Shown piece by piece: positions 61,769-64,000 of a stretch of 64,000 nt of DNA. The position numbers and the translations under genes are program-made. Position 1 is the stretch's first letter. The number at the start of each line of letters is the position of its first letter. Source of the DNA: a virus; IMG/VR virus record IMGVR_UViG_3300049172_000080, positions 31,701 through 95,700 of that record, one strand, 5' to 3'. The notes beneath the pieces are model-generated. The model made no database searches. It was not told the origin of the DNA and was given only the letters and a program-made list of their open reading frames with translations.

Positions 61769-62211
61769 GGAGCCCGGAGGATCACGTACTGGCCCGGACG
61801 ATCGGAAACCGGCTTCAGCACACCCTCGTCGGTGAGGCTCTTCAGCTCGCCTACGATCCAGGACCGGCTCTGACGGATCTCCGCGAAGCTGGCCGCGTCC
61901 ACCGTTCGCGCCTCCGCGTCCGGCTCCTCGTGCATCCAGCAGATGAGATTGCGCAGAGCCTTCCGGCTCGTCTCGACGCGCTCCTCAGCTTCCCGGCGTT
62001 CCCGGGCCGCCCGGCGCTCCAGCACCTCGTAGTGCGCCTGCTCGTCGCGAGTGAGCCGGGTCAGCTCCTCGGCCCACGCTGAGGCGAGTGCCCGTCCCCG
62101 GAAGTCCATCGCACCGATGTGCTCCCGCGCAGCCTCGGGGTCGTCGCGGGTGATCGCGTTCAGGGCGCTGAGGGCGCGGTCCTCTGGACCGACGACAGTC
62201 TGCTTGGTCAT
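61750..62211 (-). CDS. winged-helix protein (153 aa)
   Basis: ATG (MTKQTVVG) after GACCAAGGAACGAGGAACC. C-terminal SRSWIVGELKSLTDEGVLKPV resembles the FtsK-like tail. Confidence 0.5.
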   Translation of the reverse strand: MTKQTVVGPEDRALSALNAITRDDPEAAREHIGAMDFRGRALASAWAEELTRLTRDEQAHYEVLERRAARERREAEERVETSRKALRNLICWMHEEPDAEARTVDAASFAEIRQSRSWIVGELKSLTDEGVLKPVSDRPGQYVILRAPDRDSI

Positions 62212-62235
62212 GGTTCCTCGTTCCTTGGTCACCGA

Positions 62236-62280
62236 TGATTTCCTTAAATCATCCTACCCGGGTCGGCTCGGCACAACCCC
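62236..62280 (-). promoter_or_regulatory. Conserved promoter cassette variant (copy r, 22-nt spacer)
   Basis: Palindrome TGATTTCCTTAAATCA. Minus-sense GGGGTTGTGC lies 22 nt upstream of TTTAAG. Confidence 0.5.
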
Positions 62281-62445
62281 GGGACACGACAAAGCCCCTG
62301 CGGTGTGTCCCGCAGGGGCTCGCTGTCTTCTGTCCCTTCGTCAGGTGTCCCACCCGTCGGGGACATCGCAGGGACGGAACGGGTCAGGGCCCCTGTCCGC
62401 GTGGGGACGGAAAGGGTCTGCGCTCTCCGTACCGGCTGCGGTGTC
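62281..62445. repeat. Third, looser TGTCCC/GGGACA cluster
   Basis: About eight units spanning a hairpin terminator and the 3' end of the 62341 gene. Confidence 0.6.
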
Positions 62446-62673
62446 CCGGATGTCGTTCTCCGTGACGATCTCGCTGAACCAGAAGTTGGTGATCTCGATA
62501 CCTGCGAGCGGGACACCTTGCGACTGGGACAGTTCTTGTACGGCTGCCGCGCGAAGCCGCACCTCATCACACCGGCCCACCGAATAGGCCGTCCCGTCCA
62601 GCAGGTGTTTCTGGCCCTTGATTGTGGCCTCGCCGCCATAGACATAGCCGAATTTCGTCACCCGCCGGGTCAC
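62341..62673 (-). CDS. hypothetical protein (110 aa)
   Basis: The GTG start overlaps the upstream stop (GTGA). Confidence 0.45.
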   Translation of the reverse strand: MTRRVTKFGYVYGGEATIKGQKHLLDGTAYSVGRCDEVRLRAAAVQELSQSQGVPLAGIEITNFWFSEIVTENDIRDTAAGTESADPFRPHADRGPDPFRPCDVPDGWDT

Positions 62674-62930
62674 CGCAGGTACTCCGAGCGGGGGCTTACA
62701 GACCATGCACGAGGGCCCGGCTGGTGTACGGGGTGCAGTACCCCAATGCCCTCAAGGACGATTAGATGGTCCTCCAGCCATGCGCCCGGCCGGCCCGCGT
62801 GCCGGGCAACGCCGGGAAAGTCCTGGGTGGTGAACGTCCTCACGCCCCGTGCGGTCAAGTAGCTGATGCGGGCCCGTACTGCGTCGGCAAGTGTGGGGGG
62901 TGGTCCGGTCGTGACTGTGGTGGTCGGCAC
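62670..62930 (-). CDS. hypothetical protein with wHTH-like C-terminus (86 aa)
   Basis: GTG start. The RPGAWLEDHLIVLEGIGVLHPV segment parallels the other wHTH tails. Confidence 0.45.
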   Translation of the reverse strand: MPTTTVTTGPPPTLADAVRARISYLTARGVRTFTTQDFPGVARHAGRPGAWLEDHLIVLEGIGVLHPVHQPGPRAWSVSPRSEYLR

Positions 62931-62951
62931 GACACCTCTCCTCTTCCGTGT

Positions 62952-63605
62952 TCAGATGTCCGCTCGGGCGAGCCCTCGCCCGGCGGTATTTCCACGGTGC
63001 ACGTGCCAGACCCAAGTCCGAGCGTTCAGGTGCTCGAATGTGGCCCCGTCGTCCAGCAGGCGTACCAAATAGTCCTCGTCTTCGCCACGGTAGCGGCGCC
63101 CCAGGCCATCTGTCGTCACGTTCTGGCCAGGACGGAACCCACCGATTTTGCGGACTGACTCCGTCCGCACAAGGTGCGTCATCGGGATGAATGACCCAAG
63201 TCGGCGCAAATGGGCTTCCTGCTCAGGACCGAAGCGCACGCCCCAGGGGAGCCTCCACTGGCCCTGTACCGACACGGCTGTGGGGTCCTCGCCCCCACGC
63301 ACCACAGGCGCCGGGTACACCAGGTCCGGCCGCTCCGGGGACTGCTCCATCACGCGCATGCAGGCCATGAGGTGATTCGGCCGCATTTCGTCGTCGTCGT
63401 CCAGCCAGGCCACCACGTCAGCCGTGACCCGCTCCAGAGCGCGGTTGCGGGCCTGGTCCGCCCCGGTGCGCAGTGAGTCGCGTTCGACGACGACCTGATC
63501 CGGTCGCCGTCGCTGCGCCCGGACCGACGCCAGAGCGCGCTCCAGCATCGCCTCACGGCCGGGGATGGTCGGTATGACGACGGCAACGCTCATGCGGTTA
63601 CGCAT
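62952..63605 (-). CDS. glycosyltransferase family 2 (paralog of 52387..52986)
   Basis: VAVVIPTIPGRE, LDDDDEM and FEHLNARTWVWHVHRGNTAGR. An alternative start is the ATG at 63593. Confidence 0.7.
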   Translation of the reverse strand: MRNRMSVAVVIPTIPGREAMLERALASVRAQRRRPDQVVVERDSLRTGADQARNRALERVTADVVAWLDDDDEMRPNHLMACMRVMEQSPERPDLVYPAPVVRGGEDPTAVSVQGQWRLPWGVRFGPEQEAHLRRLGSFIPMTHLVRTESVRKIGGFRPGQNVTTDGLGRRYRGEDEDYLVRLLDDGATFEHLNARTWVWHVHRGNTAGRGLARADI

Positions 63606-63819
63606 CAGTCCACTTCTTCCAGGTCCACGGCCACGTAGCTGTCGCCTTGGTTGCGGTGCGGAACGCGTCCCAGAACCCGGTCACGTTCCGCAGGACGTTG
63701 GGGAGCCCTTGTGACCGAGCCAGGCTGGCGACGGTGGTCAGCAGCAGGCCGAAGGCGCCAGCGAAGAGGTAGACCGACGGGACGATGACGACTGCGTACG
63801 CGATTGTCAGGCCGGGCAT
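63598..63819 (-). CDS. small membrane protein (73 aa)
   Basis: Two hydrophobic segments. Confidence 0.45.
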   Translation of the reverse strand: MPGLTIAYAVVIVPSVYLFAGAFGLLLTTVASLARSQGLPNVLRNVTGFWDAFRTATKATATWPWTWKKWTDA

Positions 63820-63989
63820 CGGGGTGTCTCCTCTCCGTCGGCCGGCGGACTCCAGCGCATCGCGTCCCCGCTGCCGGTGATCACACGTGGCGTCACGCTG
63901 CCGAACTCATAAGGGGCGCGACGCGCACGTTCCCAGCTCCGGCCGAATTCACGAAACGCCGCTCCGGCTTCCGCCAGCCTCATTTGCAC
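63807..63989 (-). CDS. hypothetical protein (60 aa)
   Basis: ORF near the window edge. Weak support. Confidence 0.3.
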   Translation of the reverse strand: MQMRLAEAGAAFREFGRSWERARRAPYEFGSVTPRVITGSGDAMRWSPPADGEETPRCPA

Positions 63990-64000
63990 GGCCGGGGCCG

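Overview
High-GC (roughly 68-70%) actinobacterial, Streptomyces-type temperate siphophage or phage-plasmid segment. No cellular housekeeping genes are visible. No searches were run: all functional calls rest on motifs read in the translations, and novelty cannot be verified here.

Layout:
(i) 1-5.4 kb holds small early-type genes, a DnaQ-like exonuclease and a minus-strand tyrosine-recombinase operon.
(ii) 5.4-8.7 kb is an accessory island with a GntR regulator, a two-gene graspetide (ATP-grasp RiPP) cassette and a Cys-rich phage protein.
(iii) 8.8-34.2 kb is the plus-strand virion and lysis module. It runs portal, a 2H-phosphoesterase/MuF/protease fusion, major capsid, connector proteins, a HIT hydrolase, tail chaperones with a likely -1 frameshift, a 1125-aa tape measure, minor tail proteins, holin-like proteins, an amidase endolysin and a GT-B glycosyltransferase.
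(iv) 34.3-64 kb is a minus-strand array of about 55 mostly small genes, interrupted by a plus-strand parA/parB-like pair. It includes a WhiB-like factor, a DUF262 protein, a C5 DNA methyltransferase, a sugar-modification cluster (epimerase, two GT2, a methyltransferase), an FtsK/TraB-like translocase and a DUF2637-like membrane protein.

The non-coding architecture is unusually ordered:
- 17 near-identical promoter cassettes of the form GGGGTTGTSC-N17-TTTAATTAAATCA.
- About 30 copies of a conserved leader, GACCAAGGAA..GAGGAAC.
- Many CACGACGAAGCCCCGG-type hairpin terminators.
- A non-canonical tRNA-like element that is complementary to the conserved leader.
- A 22-nt AT-centred palindrome present twice, a parS candidate.
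- Dense TGTCCCG/CGGGACA heptamer arrays next to the translocase gene.

Top candidates for new biology are the phage-borne graspetide cassette and the TraB-like translocase with its clt-like repeat arrays.
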